Of a stretch of DNA of 64,000 nt, positions 9,072 to 21,958 are shown one piece after another. Numbering within the stretch: position 1 is the stretch's first letter; every line of letters starts with the position of its first letter. The translations under genes and the position numbers were made by a program. Below the pieces are notes generated by a model. It worked only from the letters and a program-made list of their open reading frames with translations. It did no database searches and had not been told where the DNA came from. Origin of the DNA: Gallionella sp. (lineage in GTDB: Bacteria > Pseudomonadota > Gammaproteobacteria > Burkholderiales > Gallionellaceae); NCBI GenBank assembly GCA_028714895.1, contig JAQTLM010000007.1, forward strand, positions 41,685-105,684, given 5' to 3'.

Positions 9072-10223
9072 TCAACCTACTTCTATAATATCGTTTGGCA
9101 CATCTAAATTGCGCTCTGCGAGATACTCATCGATATTTTGTTCAAAGTAACGAAGCAACATCATGCGGCCAGCCTCTCGATCCTCTAACAGGGCTGCGAC
9201 AATAGCTTCACGGGCATGACTATCCAGTTTCAAGAAGTTATCCCAGTTACTACGGAAGTCATCGAGTGCACGTTGCGAATATCTGGCCCGATAGAATGTT
9301 CCATCATCGAGTACAAGAAATAATTCGTGACGGAATACTCTATCGCCAGAATTTTGGGCACGCACTTCTTGAATTCGTGCGGTTTTAAGCACATCTTCCC
9401 AAGTAAGTTTGGAAAGTAGCAGTTGTCTATGATCAACAAATTTCAACGCAGATATAAACCCAATAAGATGACGAAATTGAACTGCGCCTTTGGCGGTTTC
9501 GCGTAGCGATGGTGTGGCAAGTGATGCAAGCACAACGGCCTTCAGGTCTTCAATTTGCTCTGAGAAATCACGGTAGCGATAAGTTTCTTGTGTCTTTGTG
9601 CGGCTTTCAAAAAGCAGCCGTTGAAACATCTGTGACCATTGACTTGCAAGATGGGTACGAATCTCATCCAGTCGAGAGAAGCCTGTAATACTGTTATCCG
9701 TAATACGATGGCTCAAAAAATTTATGAACTCAAAGATGTACTTCGCTGTTTCTCTTTTTTGAATAGACGGGAAATCCATACCGTCGATGACATCCTTCTT
9801 GTCTTTGTTTTTTTCGTAGACGCGATGGTCATGCAAAACATCCGAGTCGACAAATGTATAGACAGGGATTGACTGCTGAATGGCCTTGAGTACCTCAAGT
9901 TGCGTAATTGATAGCTTTTCCTTTGCTTCAAGAATGCTAGACTTGGTCGAAAGCTGCTCCAATTGAGAAAAATCGAGATTGGCTAAAGCCGAGGGGACGG
10001 CATTTCCACCGAAACGAGAGCCGATGATAAGGATAACCACATCGCAGCCCATTACTTCCTTGAGGCAGCTGTCGTGGGTATGAGAGCGATGATCGAATAG
10101 AATGTCTGAGTGGTCACTCATCACAGGTTCATACCCCATCCCTGAAATGAATGGTCGAAGCTCTGAACGAATTACGTTTAAATCGTAGCAGGTTGATGAT
10201 ACAAAGACTCGCAGTCGTGCCAT
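9072..10223 (-). CDS. DUF4062 domain-containing protein (383 aa)
   Basis: N-terminal RVFVSSTCYDL..R..L..FI..MGYEPVMS...HDSCLKEV..CDVVILIIGSRFG is the DUF4062 pattern. Visibly AT-richer than its neighbours. Confidence 0.8.
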   Translation of the reverse strand: MARLRVFVSSTCYDLNVIRSELRPFISGMGYEPVMSDHSDILFDHRSHTHDSCLKEVMGCDVVILIIGSRFGGNAVPSALANLDFSQLEQLSTKSSILEAKEKLSITQLEVLKAIQQSIPVYTFVDSDVLHDHRVYEKNKDKKDVIDGMDFPSIQKRETAKYIFEFINFLSHRITDNSITGFSRLDEIRTHLASQWSQMFQRLLFESRTKTQETYRYRDFSEQIEDLKAVVLASLATPSLRETAKGAVQFRHLIGFISALKFVDHRQLLLSKLTWEDVLKTARIQEVRAQNSGDRVFRHELFLVLDDGTFYRARYSQRALDDFRSNWDNFLKLDSHAREAIVAALLEDREAGRMMLLRYFEQNIDEYLAERNLDVPNDIIEVG

Positions 10224-10481
10224 GGTGACATCCTCAAAAACTAACGTAAAACTGACAGTGAAGTTTCGTACATACCCAAAATGTTTGCCAAACTCTAGGT
10301 AATTAGTGTTTTACGTAGATTTTCAAAAAAACTGATTGTGTAAACATGCTGTCATTAGGTTAAAAAAACTTCATACCCCCGTTCAAGTAACACGGGGTGC
10401 TATAAATGCATCAAACCGCAATCTAACAGCAAAAAACCTTTTTAGATATTGGCCAAAATAACTAGGCATTCTTGATACAAA

Positions 10482-10511
10482 AAAACAGGGCGGATATTTC
10501 CGCCCTGTTTT
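10482..10511 (-). terminator. Intrinsic terminator of hppA
   Basis: AAAACAGGGCGGA-TATT-TCCGCCCTGTTTT; U-tract on the minus strand. Confidence 0.8.
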
Positions 10512-10529
10512 GCGTTACGACTATCCAGC

Positions 10530-12563
10530 TTAAAGCAACGGCACGATCATCAGCGCGACGATGTTGATGATCTTGATCAGCGGGTTCACGGCGGGGCCGG
10601 CGGTGTCCTTGTAGGGGTCGCCCACGGTGTCGCCGGTGACGGCGGCCTTGTGCGCTTCCGAGCCTTTGCCGCCATAGTTGCCTTCCTCGATATATTTCTT
10701 GGCGTTATCCCATGCGCCGCCGCCGGTGGTCATTGAAATTGCGACGAAGATGCCGGTGATGATGGTGCCGACCAGCACGCCGCCGAGCGCCTGCGCGCCG
10801 AGGGTCAGGCCGACGATCACGGGTACCGCGATGGGCAGCAGTGACGGGACGATCATTTCCCTGATCGCGGCCTTGGTCAGCATATCCACGCAGGTGCCGT
10901 ATTCCGGTTTGCCGGTGCCTTCCATGATGCCGGGGATTTCCTTGAACTGGCGGCGCACTTCCACCACCACCGAACCGGCGGCGCGACCGACTGCTTCCAT
11001 GCCCATCGCGGCGAACAGGTAAGGCACCATGCCGCCGATGAACAGGCCGATGATGACCATGTGGTTCGACAGGTCGAAGGACGTGGTCACGCCCAGTTTG
11101 GCGTCCAGCGCGTGGGTGTAGTCGGCGAAGAGAACCAAAGCCGCCAACCCGGCGGAGCCGATGGCATAGCCTTTGGTGACCGCCTTGGTGGTGTTGCCTA
11201 CCGCGTCCAGCGCATCGGTGATGACGCGCACGTTTTCCGGCAGGTGGGCCATTTCGGCGATGCCGCCGGCGTTATCGGTGATCGGGCCGTAGGCATCCAG
11301 CGCCACGATGATGCCGGCCATCGACAGCATCGAGGTCGCGGCGATGGCGATGCCGTAGAGCCCGGCTAGATGGTACGCGCCCCAGATAGACAGGCACACG
11401 GCGATCACCGGGGCGGCGGTGGCCTTCATCGAAACGCCCAGCCCGGCGATGATGTTGGTGCCATGCCCGGTGGTGGAGGCCTGCGCGATGTGGCGCACCG
11501 GCGCGTATTCGGTCGCGGTGTAGTACTCGGTGATCCACACCATTGCAGCAGTCAGCACCAGACCGATCAGGGTGGCAAAGTACAGGTTCAGCGATGAAAC
11601 CAGTTTGCCGCCGATCATCACGCCGTCGCCGAGCATCATGGTGGTGATCGGGTAGAACGCGACCAGCGCCAGCACGGCGGAGACCGCCAGGCCGCGATAC
11701 AGCGCGTTCATGATCTTGCCGCCTTCGCGCGCCTTGACGAAATAGGTGCCGATGATGGAGGCGATGATGGAGACGCCGCCCAGCACCAGCGGATAAATCA
11801 CCGCCTCGGGAGAGCCGCTGATCATCAGCCCGCCCAGCACCATCGTGGCGATGATGGTCACCGCGTAGGTTTCAAACAGGTCGGCCGCCATGCCGGCGCA
11901 GTCGCCGACGTTGTCGCCGACGTTGTCGGCGATTACCGCAGGATTGCGCGGGTCGTCCTCTGGAATGCCGGCTTCGACCTTGCCCACCAGGTCGGCGCCG
12001 ACGTCAGCGCCCTTGGTGAAAATGCCGCCGCCGAGACGGGCGAAGATGGAAATCAGCGAGCCGCCGAAGGCCAGCCCGACCAGCGCGTGGGTCGCCTGAG
12101 CAGCGTTCGCGCCGGTGGAAGTCAGGAAGGCGTAATAGCCCGCCACGCCCAGCAGCCCCAGACCCACTACCAGCATGCCGGTGATTGCGCCGCCCTTGAA
12201 GGATACGTTCAGCGCCGCGTTCAGGCTTTCTTTGGCCGCTTCGGCGGTGCGCACATTGGCGCGCACCGACACATGCATGCCGATGAAACCTGCCGCTCCG
12301 GAGAGTACCGCACCGATCGCGAAGCCGATGGCGGTTTGCCAGCCCAATGCGAAGAGGATGATGACGAACAATACTGCGCCGACCATGGCGATGGTGGTGT
12401 ATTGCCGGTTCAGGTAGGCGGAGGCGCCTTCCTGAACCGCAGCGGCAATTTCCTGCATTCGCGCGCTGCCGGTTGATTTACTCAGAATCCATTTGATTGA
12501 AGCCACGCCGTACAAGAGCGCCGCCACCGCACACAATAACGCAAATACCAAGCCACCTGACAT
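10530..12563 (-). CDS. hppA: Membrane-bound H+-translocating pyrophosphatase, K+-independent type
   Basis: [20 protein letters not shown] and [10 protein letters not shown] motifs. GNTTKA (Lys) marks K+ independence. Confidence 0.95.
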   Translation of the reverse strand: MSGGLVFALLCAVAALLYGVASIKWILSKSTGSARMQEIAAAVQEGASAYLNRQYTTIAMVGAVLFVIILFALGWQTAIGFAIGAVLSGAAGFIGMHVSVRANVRTAEAAKESLNAALNVSFKGGAITGMLVVGLGLLGVAGYYAFLTSTGANAAQATHALVGLAFGGSLISIFARLGGGIFTKGADVGADLVGKVEAGIPEDDPRNPAVIADNVGDNVGDCAGMAADLFETYAVTIIATMVLGGLMISGSPEAVIYPLVLGGVSIIASIIGTYFVKAREGGKIMNALYRGLAVSAVLALVAFYPITTMMLGDGVMIGGKLVSSLNLYFATLIGLVLTAAMVWITEYYTATEYAPVRHIAQASTTGHGTNIIAGLGVSMKATAAPVIAVCLSIWGAYHLAGLYGIAIAATSMLSMAGIIVALDAYGPITDNAGGIAEMAHLPENVRVITDALDAVGNTTKAVTKGYAIGSAGLAALVLFADYTHALDAKLGVTTSFDLSNHMVIIGLFIGGMVPYLFAAMGMEAVGRAAGSVVVEVRRQFKEIPGIMEGTGKPEYGTCVDMLTKAAIREMIVPSLLPIAVPVIVGLTLGAQALGGVLVGTIITGIFVAISMTTGGGAWDNAKKYIEEGNYGGKGSEAHKAAVTGDTVGDPYKDTAGPAVNPLIKIINIVALMIVPLL

Positions 12564-12755
12564 GATTACCCTCCAAGAAGATGAACCAATCAATTACCCC
12601 GACATTTAAGACGCATGTTTAGGGTTACCTGTACTTAACTTCAGGGGCTAGGATACTTTGTATTTTGCGGGAATGACATGGGTATTTTTGAAATACCGCT
12701 TTCCCCGCAATCGGTAATTGCGGGGAAATTCCCATGATTCAAAGGCGAACTGGGA

Positions 12756-14150
<1,395 letters not shown>

Positions 14151-14157
14151 TTAATTC

Positions 14158-14244
14158 GTAGGTTGGGTTAGCGCAGCGTAACCCAACAATCCTTGATGCG
14201 CATTCTGGGGTATGTCGGGTTAGCGCTGCGCTAACCCGACATAC
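14158..14244. repeat. GTAG-family REP doublet (REPIN-like)
   Basis: GTAGGTTGGGTTAGCGCAGCGTAACCCAACA plus inverted partner TGTCGGGTTAGCGCTGCGCTAACCCGACATAC. Confidence 0.8.
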
Positions 14245-14272
14245 CAATAACAAGCGCGTATTTTACGCGAAT

Positions 14273-15385
14273 TTATGAAATATCCGGGTTGAGTCCCTGT
14301 TCGATAATTGCGCCGCCCAGGCAGACCTCGCCGTCGTAGAGCACCACCGACTGTCCTGGTGTGACCGCCCATTGCGGCTGGTTGAACTCGAACGAGCAGC
14401 GGCCGCCGTCCAGTGCCGCGAGATGGCACGGCGCATCGGCCTGCCGGTAGCGTGTCTTGGCACTGTAGGGGTGATTGGGCAGCGGCGCAGTGCCGCTGAT
14501 CCAGTGACTGTCCAGCGCGGTCAGCCGGTTGCTCAACAGCGCCGGATGGTCGTGCCCCTGCACCACGATCAGGCGGTTGTTCGCCATGTCCTTGCCCGCC
14601 ACGAACCACGGTTCGCCGGTGGAATCTTTGTCGCCGCCGATGCCCAGCCCCTGGCGCTGGCCGATGGTATAGAACGACAGCCCGATGTGCTGGCCGACTA
14701 CCTTGCCATCCGGAGTGCGCATCTCGCCGGGCTGGGTTGGCAGATAGCGGTTGAGGAATTCGCGGAACGGACGTTCGCCGATGAAGCAAATGCCGGTGCT
14801 GTCTTTTTTGGCGTAATTGGACAGGCCATGCTGCTCGGCGATCACGCGCACTTCGGACTTCAGCAATTTGCCGAGCGGAAACATCGCATGGCCCAGTTGC
14901 GATTGATTCAGGCGATGCAGGAAGTAACTTTGATCCTTGCTGCCGTCATCAGCCTTGAGCAATTGGAACAAGCCATCCACCTCGCGCACCTGCGCGTAGT
15001 GCCCGGTGGCGATGACATCCGCACCCAGTTGGATGGCATGGTCGAGGAATGCCCTGAACTTGATTTCCGAATTGCACAGGATGTCCGGGTTGGGCGTGCG
15101 CCCGGCTTGGTATTCGCGCAGAAAATGGCTGAATACGCGTTCCTTGTATTCCTCGGCGAAATTCACCGCTTCGATCGGGATGCCGATGGTATCGGCCACC
15201 GACACCGCGTCCAGCAGGTCCTGGCGCGACGAGCAGTATTCATCGCTGTCATCGCCTTCCCAGTTCTTCATGAACAGGCCGATCACCTCATAGCCCTGCT
15301 GCTTGAGCAGCAGCGCGGCAACCGAGGAATCCACGCCGCCGGACATGCCGACGACCACGCGACAGGATTTGAGATTGCCTTTCAC
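14273..15385 (-). CDS. mnmA: tRNA 2-thiouridine synthase
   Basis: [44 protein letters not shown] start inferred. Confidence 0.96.
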   Translation of the reverse strand: MKGNLKSCRVVVGMSGGVDSSVAALLLKQQGYEVIGLFMKNWEGDDSDEYCSSRQDLLDAVSVADTIGIPIEAVNFAEEYKERVFSHFLREYQAGRTPNPDILCNSEIKFRAFLDHAIQLGADVIATGHYAQVREVDGLFQLLKADDGSKDQSYFLHRLNQSQLGHAMFPLGKLLKSEVRVIAEQHGLSNYAKKDSTGICFIGERPFREFLNRYLPTQPGEMRTPDGKVVGQHIGLSFYTIGQRQGLGIGGDKDSTGEPWFVAGKDMANNRLIVVQGHDHPALLSNRLTALDSHWISGTAPLPNHPYSAKTRYRQADAPCHLAALDGGRCSFEFNQPQWAVTPGQSVVLYDGEVCLGGAIIEQGLNPDIS

Positions 15386-15408
15386 GTTTGTCCTTTCTGG
15401 GTGAAACA

Positions 15409-15472
15409 ACTAGCCATTCGACTAGGCTGCAAACGCCCGCAGCCAAGTCGCTGGTTATCCCGCTTGCGGGGG
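15409..15472. repeat. Hairpin repeat copy 2 plus CCCGCTTGCGGG hairpin
   Basis: ACTAGCCATTCGACTAGGCTGC-AAACGCCC-GCAGCCAAGTCGCTGGT; same flanks as 7743 with a different inner stem. Confidence 0.75.
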
Positions 15473-15502
15473 AAAGTTAGATAGGGGGAACGAGCTTGCT
15501 CG

Positions 15503-15949
15503 TTAGTCATAATGGGTGATGAGTTCCAGCGGGAAGCGTTTGCCGGCGAGGTAATCTTCGATGCAGCGCAGAACCAGCGGGCTGCGATGACGTGCTTGTG
15601 TGGCGCGGATTTCATCGGGCGTCAGCCACACGGCTTGCAGGATGCCGGTATCCAGTTTACGGGCCGCATCATGCCCGGCGATTGCGCCGGTGAAGGCGAA
15701 GCGCAGGTAGGTTGTGTCCGATTCCGGCGAATGCCAGTGATAAATACCGAGCAGATGCTGCGGGGTAAAGGAATACGCCGATTCTTCCAGTACTTCGCGC
15801 GCTACCGCGGCCAGCAATGATTCATCGGCTTCAAGATGCCCGGCAGGCTGGTTGAAGCGCACCCCTTGCGAGGTTTCTTCCTCAACCAGCAGAAATTTTT
15901 CATCGCGCTCAATGACGGCGGCGACGGTGACGTTCGGTTTCCAGATCAT
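15503..15949 (-). CDS. nudJ: NUDIX hydrolase (NudJ-like)
   Basis: WKPNVTVAAVIE, NQPAGHLE, Nudix box REVLEES. Position upstream of mnmA is typical. Confidence 0.8.
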   Translation of the reverse strand: MIWKPNVTVAAVIERDEKFLLVEEETSQGVRFNQPAGHLEADESLLAAVAREVLEESAYSFTPQHLLGIYHWHSPESDTTYLRFAFTGAIAGHDAARKLDTGILQAVWLTPDEIRATQARHRSPLVLRCIEDYLAGKRFPLELITHYD

Positions 15950-15967
15950 TTTTTACTCTGTAAAAAC

Positions 15968-15997
15968 AAAAAAGGCAGGGTCACCCCTGCCTTCTTT
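15968..15997. terminator. Intrinsic terminator after the Ala/Lys-rich gene
   Basis: AAGGCAGGG-TCAC-CCCTGCCTT with flanking A/T tracts. Confidence 0.7.
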
Positions 15998-16019
15998 AAA
16001 CGTATGCGTATTACTTGTA

Positions 16020-16319
16020 TTACTTGGCAGCAGCGTCAGCCTTTTCAGCCTTTTTTGCCTTTTTTGCCTTTTTTGCCTTTTTTGCTGGCTTGGCTTCTGC
16101 TTTCTTTTCTTCAGTCTTGGCAGCTGGCTTAGCTTCTTCTTTCTTGGCTTCTACTTTAGCAGGAGCAGCAGCAGGAGCTGCAGCTTTAGCAGGGGCAGCA
16201 GCGGCAGCAGCGGCAGCAGCAGGAGCAGCAGCCTTGGCAGGAGCTGCGTCAGCAGCAACAGCGGAGAAAGAAACAGCAACGAATACGGCGGCGATCAGTG
16301 CGGATAACAGTTTGCTCAT
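16020..16319 (-). CDS. Exported low-complexity Ala/Lys/Pro-rich protein
   Basis: Signal peptide MSKLLSALIAAVFVAVSFSAVA, PAKAAA repeats and an AKK tail. Confidence 0.75.
   Translation of the reverse strand: MSKLLSALIAAVFVAVSFSAVAADAAPAKAAAPAAAAAAAAAPAKAAAPAAAPAKVEAKKEEAKPAAKTEEKKAEAKPAKKAKKAKKAKKAEKADAAAK
16048..16085. repeat. 9-bp tandem repeat (GCCTTTTTT)x4 encoding AKK repeats
   Basis: Four exact units read directly. Confidence 0.9.
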
Positions 16320-16431
16320 TGTAAGCTCCAATATTTAAGTAGATTAATAAACGTTTATGACACTACTGTGTCGGTGAATATAACGCACTGCACATTCGTT
16401 TGGTTGACACCGCAAAACGGCATTGGTTATG

Positions 16432-16518
16432 TGGTGCCGGGGGGGGGAATCGAACCCCCACGTCCTCGCGGACACCGGATTTTGAGTCCGGCACGTCTAC
16501 CAGTTCCATCACCCCGGC
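16432..16518 (-). tRNA. tRNA-Leu(CAA)
   Basis: GCCGGGG acceptor stem, D-loop GGTAGAC, anticodon arm CCGGA-CTCAAAA-TCCGG, long variable arm, GTTCGA, CCA end. Confidence 0.95.
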
Positions 16519-16594
16519 CAAGCGGGGCGCATTATCCATGAATCAACCGGCCACATCAACTACAATCCCGCCTTCGAAAATTCCGTCGTTGTTC

Positions 16595-17617
16595 ATGCGT
16601 ACCGATAAATTTGATTTTGCCCTGCCGGAACGGCTGATCGCGCAGCACCCGCCCGAGCGGCGCGGCGCCAGCCGCTTGCTGTATGCGCACGGCGGTGCGC
16701 TGGAAGATTGCCGCTTTGCCGACCTGTTGCGGCTGGTCAGGCCGGACGATGTGCTGGTGCTGAACGACACGCGCGTGATCAAGGCGCGGTTGTTCGGTAG
16801 CAAGGACAGCGGCGGCAAGATCGAGGTATTGATCGAGCGCGTGCTGAACGAGCATGAGGTGCTGGCGCAAGTGCGCGCCAGCCATGCGCCGAAAGCGGGC
16901 AGTCGTCTGCTGTTGGAGGAAACCTTGACTGTAGAGGTGCTGGGGCGTGAGGGTGAATTTTTCCGTCTGCGCTTTGCCGGGGAGGAGCCTGTGCTGGCGT
17001 TACTCGAACGCCATGGCAGTTTGCCCCTGCCGCCCTATATTACCCACGCGGCGGATGCCAAGGACGAGCAACGCTACCAGACGGTGTTCGCGCGCGCGGC
17101 AGGCGCGGTGGCGGCGCCCACGGCGGGGCTGCATTTCGACGAGGCCATGCTGCAAGCCTTGCGCGACAAGGGGGTGCGGATCGCCTGTGTCACGCTGCAT
17201 GTTGGCGCCGGAACGTTCCAGCCGGTGCGCGCCGAATATATCCGCGAGCATGCCATGCACAGCGAGTGTTATGAGATTCTGCAGGCCACCGTGGATGCGA
17301 TAGCGCAGGCGCACGGCGCAGGTGGGCGAGTGATTGCGGTGGGGACGACCAGTTTGCGCGCGCTGGAGAGCGCTGCCCAATCAGGGGAGTTGCAGGCAGG
17401 TGCAGGCGAGACGCGCATCTTCATCACGCCGGGCTACCGTTTTCGCGTGGTGGATATGCTGCTGACCAATTTTCACTTGCCAAAATCCACGCTGCTGATG
17501 CTGGTGTGCGCGTTCGGCGGGATGGAGCAAATGCTGGCGGCGTACCGCCATGCGGTTACAAATGAATATCGTTTCTTCAGTTACGGGGATGCGATGCTGA
17601 TTGATAGAAGCGCTTAA
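16595..17617 (+). CDS. queA: S-adenosylmethionine:tRNA ribosyltransferase-isomerase
   Basis: [63 protein letters not shown]. Confidence 0.97.
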   Translation: MRTDKFDFALPERLIAQHPPERRGASRLLYAHGGALEDCRFADLLRLVRPDDVLVLNDTRVIKARLFGSKDSGGKIEVLIERVLNEHEVLAQVRASHAPKAGSRLLLEETLTVEVLGREGEFFRLRFAGEEPVLALLERHGSLPLPPYITHAADAKDEQRYQTVFARAAGAVAAPTAGLHFDEAMLQALRDKGVRIACVTLHVGAGTFQPVRAEYIREHAMHSECYEILQATVDAIAQAHGAGGRVIAVGTTSLRALESAAQSGELQAGAGETRIFITPGYRFRVVDMLLTNFHLPKSTLLMLVCAFGGMEQMLAAYRHAVTNEYRFFSYGDAMLIDRSA

Positions 17618-18730
<1,113 letters not shown>

Positions 18731-18790
18731 AGATGCTCCGCGCTTCGTGTTAGAATGCGCGCCTTTTGATTTAACCTCGGAGATTGAATA

Positions 18791-19117
18791 ATGTTTATCA
18801 GTAATGCTTATGCTGAAGCGGCCGCACCGGTGCAGGGCGCCGGTATCATGGATTTTCTCCCGCTGATTGTTCTGGCTGCGGTATTTTATTTTTTCATACT
18901 GCGCCCGCAAAGCAAGCGCGCCAAGGAGCAAAAGGCCATGGTTGAAGCGTTACAGCGCGGCGACGAGGTCGTAACGACGGGCGGTGAAGTGGGTCGCATC
19001 AGTAAAGTGTTCGAGCAATATGTGGGCGTAGAACTTGCCGAGAACATCGAAGTGACGGTGCAGAAGTCTGCAATTCAGATCGTGTTGCCCAAGGGAACCA
19101 TCAAGTCCATTAAATAA
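18791..19117 (+). CDS. yajC: Preprotein translocase subunit YajC
   Basis: YFFILRPQSKR, GDEVVTTGG; canonical position. Confidence 0.95.
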   Translation: MFISNAYAEAAAPVQGAGIMDFLPLIVLAAVFYFFILRPQSKRAKEQKAMVEALQRGDEVVTTGGEVGRISKVFEQYVGVELAENIEVTVQKSAIQIVLPKGTIKSIK

Positions 19118-19177
19118 CCCCCCGGCAATCGGTATTCTCCGGCAGGAACTGTTGCGCGCGTTAATCGAGAGGTTTCA

Positions 19178-20989
19178 ATGAACCGTTATCCATTGTGGAA
19201 ATATCTGCTGATTCTGGCCGTGTTGCTGGCCGGGTTGATTTACGCCTTGCCGAATTTTTATGGCGAATCGCCCGCTGTGCAGGTATCGCCGTTGCGCGCC
19301 AGTCTGAAGGCGGATGCCGCATTGCGGGAGCGCGTGGAAAAAGCCCTGAAGGCAGCCAGTCTTAGCCCGGAAGTGGTCGCGCTGGACGGCAACAGCGTCA
19401 AGGCGCGCTTCGCCGATACCGATAACCAGCTGAAAGCCAAGGACGTGCTGATCAGCCGGTTGGGCGAAGACTATATGGTCGCGCTCAATTTATTGTCGCG
19501 TTCGCCACGGTGGCTGACCAATCTTTATGCGCTGCCGATGTATCTTGGTCTGGACTTGCGCGGTGGTGTGCATTTCCTGTTGCAAGTTGATATGAAAGCC
19601 GCGCTGGGCAAGGCGCTTGAAGCCTCTACCGGCGATATCCGCAGCACGTTGCGCGATCAGAAAATCGCTTACTCCGGCGTCAGCCGCGAAGGCAATATGC
19701 TGTTGGTGAAGTTTCGCGATACCGACGCGCGCAGCAAGGGTGAAGCGGAAATCAAGCAACATTTTACCGATTACGCTCTGAGCGCCAAAGAGGCTGGTGG
19801 CGAGTTCGTGTTGCAGGCGACACTCAAGCCGGAAGCCGAACGGCGTATTCAGGATTCAGCCGTGCAGCAGAACCTGCTGACCTTGCGCAATCGCGTGAAC
19901 GAGCTGGGCGTGGCCGAACCGGTGATCCAGCAGCAGGGCGCGGATCGCGTGGTGGTGCAACTGCCCGGCGTGCAGGACACTGCGCGCGCCAAGGATATTC
20001 TGGGACGCACCGCGACGCTGGAAGTGCGCATGGTCGATGATGAGCATCAAATCAGCCCGGGTGCGGCCGCACCGTTCGGCACCGAGATGTTCAAGGATCG
20101 CGACGGCAATATGCTGCTGGTGAAGAAGCAAGTGATCCTTACCGGCGAGCGCATCAACGATGCGCAGCCCGGTTTTGACAGCCGCAACAACGAACCTGCC
20201 GTACATATCAACCTGGATGGCGTAGGTGCGCGCAAATTCAAGGAAGCGTCACGCGAGAATGTCGGCAAGCGCATGGCAATTATCCTGTTTGAAAAAGGCA
20301 AGGGCGAAATCGTCACCGCACCGGTCATCCGCGAGGAAATTGGCGGCGGGCGCGTGCAGATTAGCGGCAAGATGAGTACCGTGGAAGCGCAGGATACCTC
20401 GTTGCTGCTGCGTGCCGGCGCGCTGGCGGCGCCGATGGAAATCATCGAGGAGCGCACCGTCGGACCCAGCCTCGGTGCGGACAATATCAAGCGCGGCTTT
20501 GATTCCACCAAGATCGGCTTCATCATGGTTGCGGTATTCATGATTGCCTACTACCTGATGTTCGGCACAATTTCGGTGCTGGCGCTGGGGGCGAATCTGC
20601 TGTTGCTGGTGGCGCTGCTGTCCATGCTGCAAGCCACGCTCACCTTGCCCGGCATGGCGGGCATCGCGCTGACGCTGGGGATGGCGATTGACGCGAACGT
20701 GCTGATCAACGAACGCGTCCGCGAAGAGCTGCGCAACGGCGTCACGCCGCAGGCCGCGATTCATGCCGGATATGACCGTGCGTTCGGCACTATTCTTGAC
20801 TCCAACGCCACCACGCTGATTGCCGGGATTGCGCTATTCATGTTCGGTTCAGGCCCGATCAAGGGGTTTGCGGTGGTGCTGTGCCTGGGCATCCTGACGT
20901 CGATGTTCAGCGCGGTACTGATTTCGCGCGCGCTGGTGAATCTGATTTATGGCCGCAAGGTGCGCCTCGCCAAAGTGGCGATCGGTTAA
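19178..20989 (+). CDS. secD: Protein translocase subunit SecD
   Basis: MNRYPLWK, LGLDLRGGVHF, RVNELGVAEP, ERTVGPSLG, AIDANVLINER. Confidence 0.97.
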   Translation: MNRYPLWKYLLILAVLLAGLIYALPNFYGESPAVQVSPLRASLKADAALRERVEKALKAASLSPEVVALDGNSVKARFADTDNQLKAKDVLISRLGEDYMVALNLLSRSPRWLTNLYALPMYLGLDLRGGVHFLLQVDMKAALGKALEASTGDIRSTLRDQKIAYSGVSREGNMLLVKFRDTDARSKGEAEIKQHFTDYALSAKEAGGEFVLQATLKPEAERRIQDSAVQQNLLTLRNRVNELGVAEPVIQQQGADRVVVQLPGVQDTARAKDILGRTATLEVRMVDDEHQISPGAAAPFGTEMFKDRDGNMLLVKKQVILTGERINDAQPGFDSRNNEPAVHINLDGVGARKFKEASRENVGKRMAIILFEKGKGEIVTAPVIREEIGGGRVQISGKMSTVEAQDTSLLLRAGALAAPMEIIEERTVGPSLGADNIKRGFDSTKIGFIMVAVFMIAYYLMFGTISVLALGANLLLLVALLSMLQATLTLPGMAGIALTLGMAIDANVLINERVREELRNGVTPQAAIHAGYDRAFGTILDSNATTLIAGIALFMFGSGPIKGFAVVLCLGILTSMFSAVLISRALVNLIYGRKVRLAKVAIG

Positions 20990-21022
20990 GCCGCTTTGGG
21001 CAGCTTTTAAGGAATAGATAAC

Positions 21023-21955
21023 ATGGAATTCTTCAGGATCAAACGCGACATCCCGTTCATGAGCTATGGGCGTTACACCACCGCCATTTCGCTGGTGACG
21101 TTCCTGTTCGCGGTGTTTTTTCTCGCCACCAAGGGGCTGAATTTCGGCGTGGATTTTACCGGCGGCACGGTGATTGAGGTGCATTACGCACAGCCTGCCG
21201 ATCTTGCCAAAGTGCGCGAACAGCTTGCCGCTACCGGCTTGCCGGACGCGCTGGTGCAGAATTTCGGCTCCAGCCACGATGTGCTGATCCAGGTGCCGCT
21301 CAAGCAGAATCTCGCCGGCGCGAAATTGAGTGAACAGGTGATGGATGGGCTGCACAAACAGGATACCAGCGTGGAAATGCGCCGCGTGGAATTCGTCGGC
21401 CCTCAGGTCGGCAAGGATCTGGTGGAGAACGGCGCGCTGGCCTTGCTGCTGGTCAGCCTGGGTATCGTCGGTTATCTGTGGCTGCGCTTCGAATGGAAGT
21501 TCGGGTTGTCCGCCATCATCGCCAACCTGCATGACGTGATCATCATCCTCGGCTTCTTTGCCTTCTTCCAATGGGAATTTTCGTTGTCCGTGCTGGCGGC
21601 GGTGCTGGCGGTGCTGGGCTATTCGGTGAACGAATCGGTGGTGGTGTTCGACCGGATCCGCGAAAACTTTCGCACCATGCGCAAGGCCGAAGTGGCCGAA
21701 ATTATCGATAACGCGATCACCCGCACCATGTCGCGCACCATCATTACCCACGGCTGTACGCAGATGATGGTCGGTGCGATGCTGTTCCTCGGCGGCGAAA
21801 CGCTGCATTACTTTGCCATGGCACTGACCATTGGTATCCTGTTCAGCATCTATTCTTCGGTGCTGGTCGCCAGCCCGTTGCTGATGCTGCTCGGCGTGTC
21901 GCGCGAGGACTTTATCAAGCCGGAGAAGACCGAAGCCGAGGAGGTCCTTCCATAG
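21023..21955 (+). CDS. secF: Protein translocase subunit SecF
   Basis: NFGVDFTGG, EFVGPQVG, HDVII, GYSVNESVVVFDRIRE. Confidence 0.97.
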   Translation: MEFFRIKRDIPFMSYGRYTTAISLVTFLFAVFFLATKGLNFGVDFTGGTVIEVHYAQPADLAKVREQLAATGLPDALVQNFGSSHDVLIQVPLKQNLAGAKLSEQVMDGLHKQDTSVEMRRVEFVGPQVGKDLVENGALALLLVSLGIVGYLWLRFEWKFGLSAIIANLHDVIIILGFFAFFQWEFSLSVLAAVLAVLGYSVNESVVVFDRIRENFRTMRKAEVAEIIDNAITRTMSRTIITHGCTQMMVGAMLFLGGETLHYFAMALTIGILFSIYSSVLVASPLLMLLGVSREDFIKPEKTEAEEVLP

Positions 21956-21958
21956 CTT

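Noticed and set aside
10240-10427. GTTAG-type motifs upstream of the DUF4062 gene suggesting an integron cassette
   Set aside because: No attC downstream of the gene; 7-mers this short are expected by chance.
16432-16518. tRNA-Leu(CAA) as a possible island integration site
   Set aside because: No integrase or duplicated tRNA 3' end seen nearby; the same holds for tRNA-Leu(GAG).
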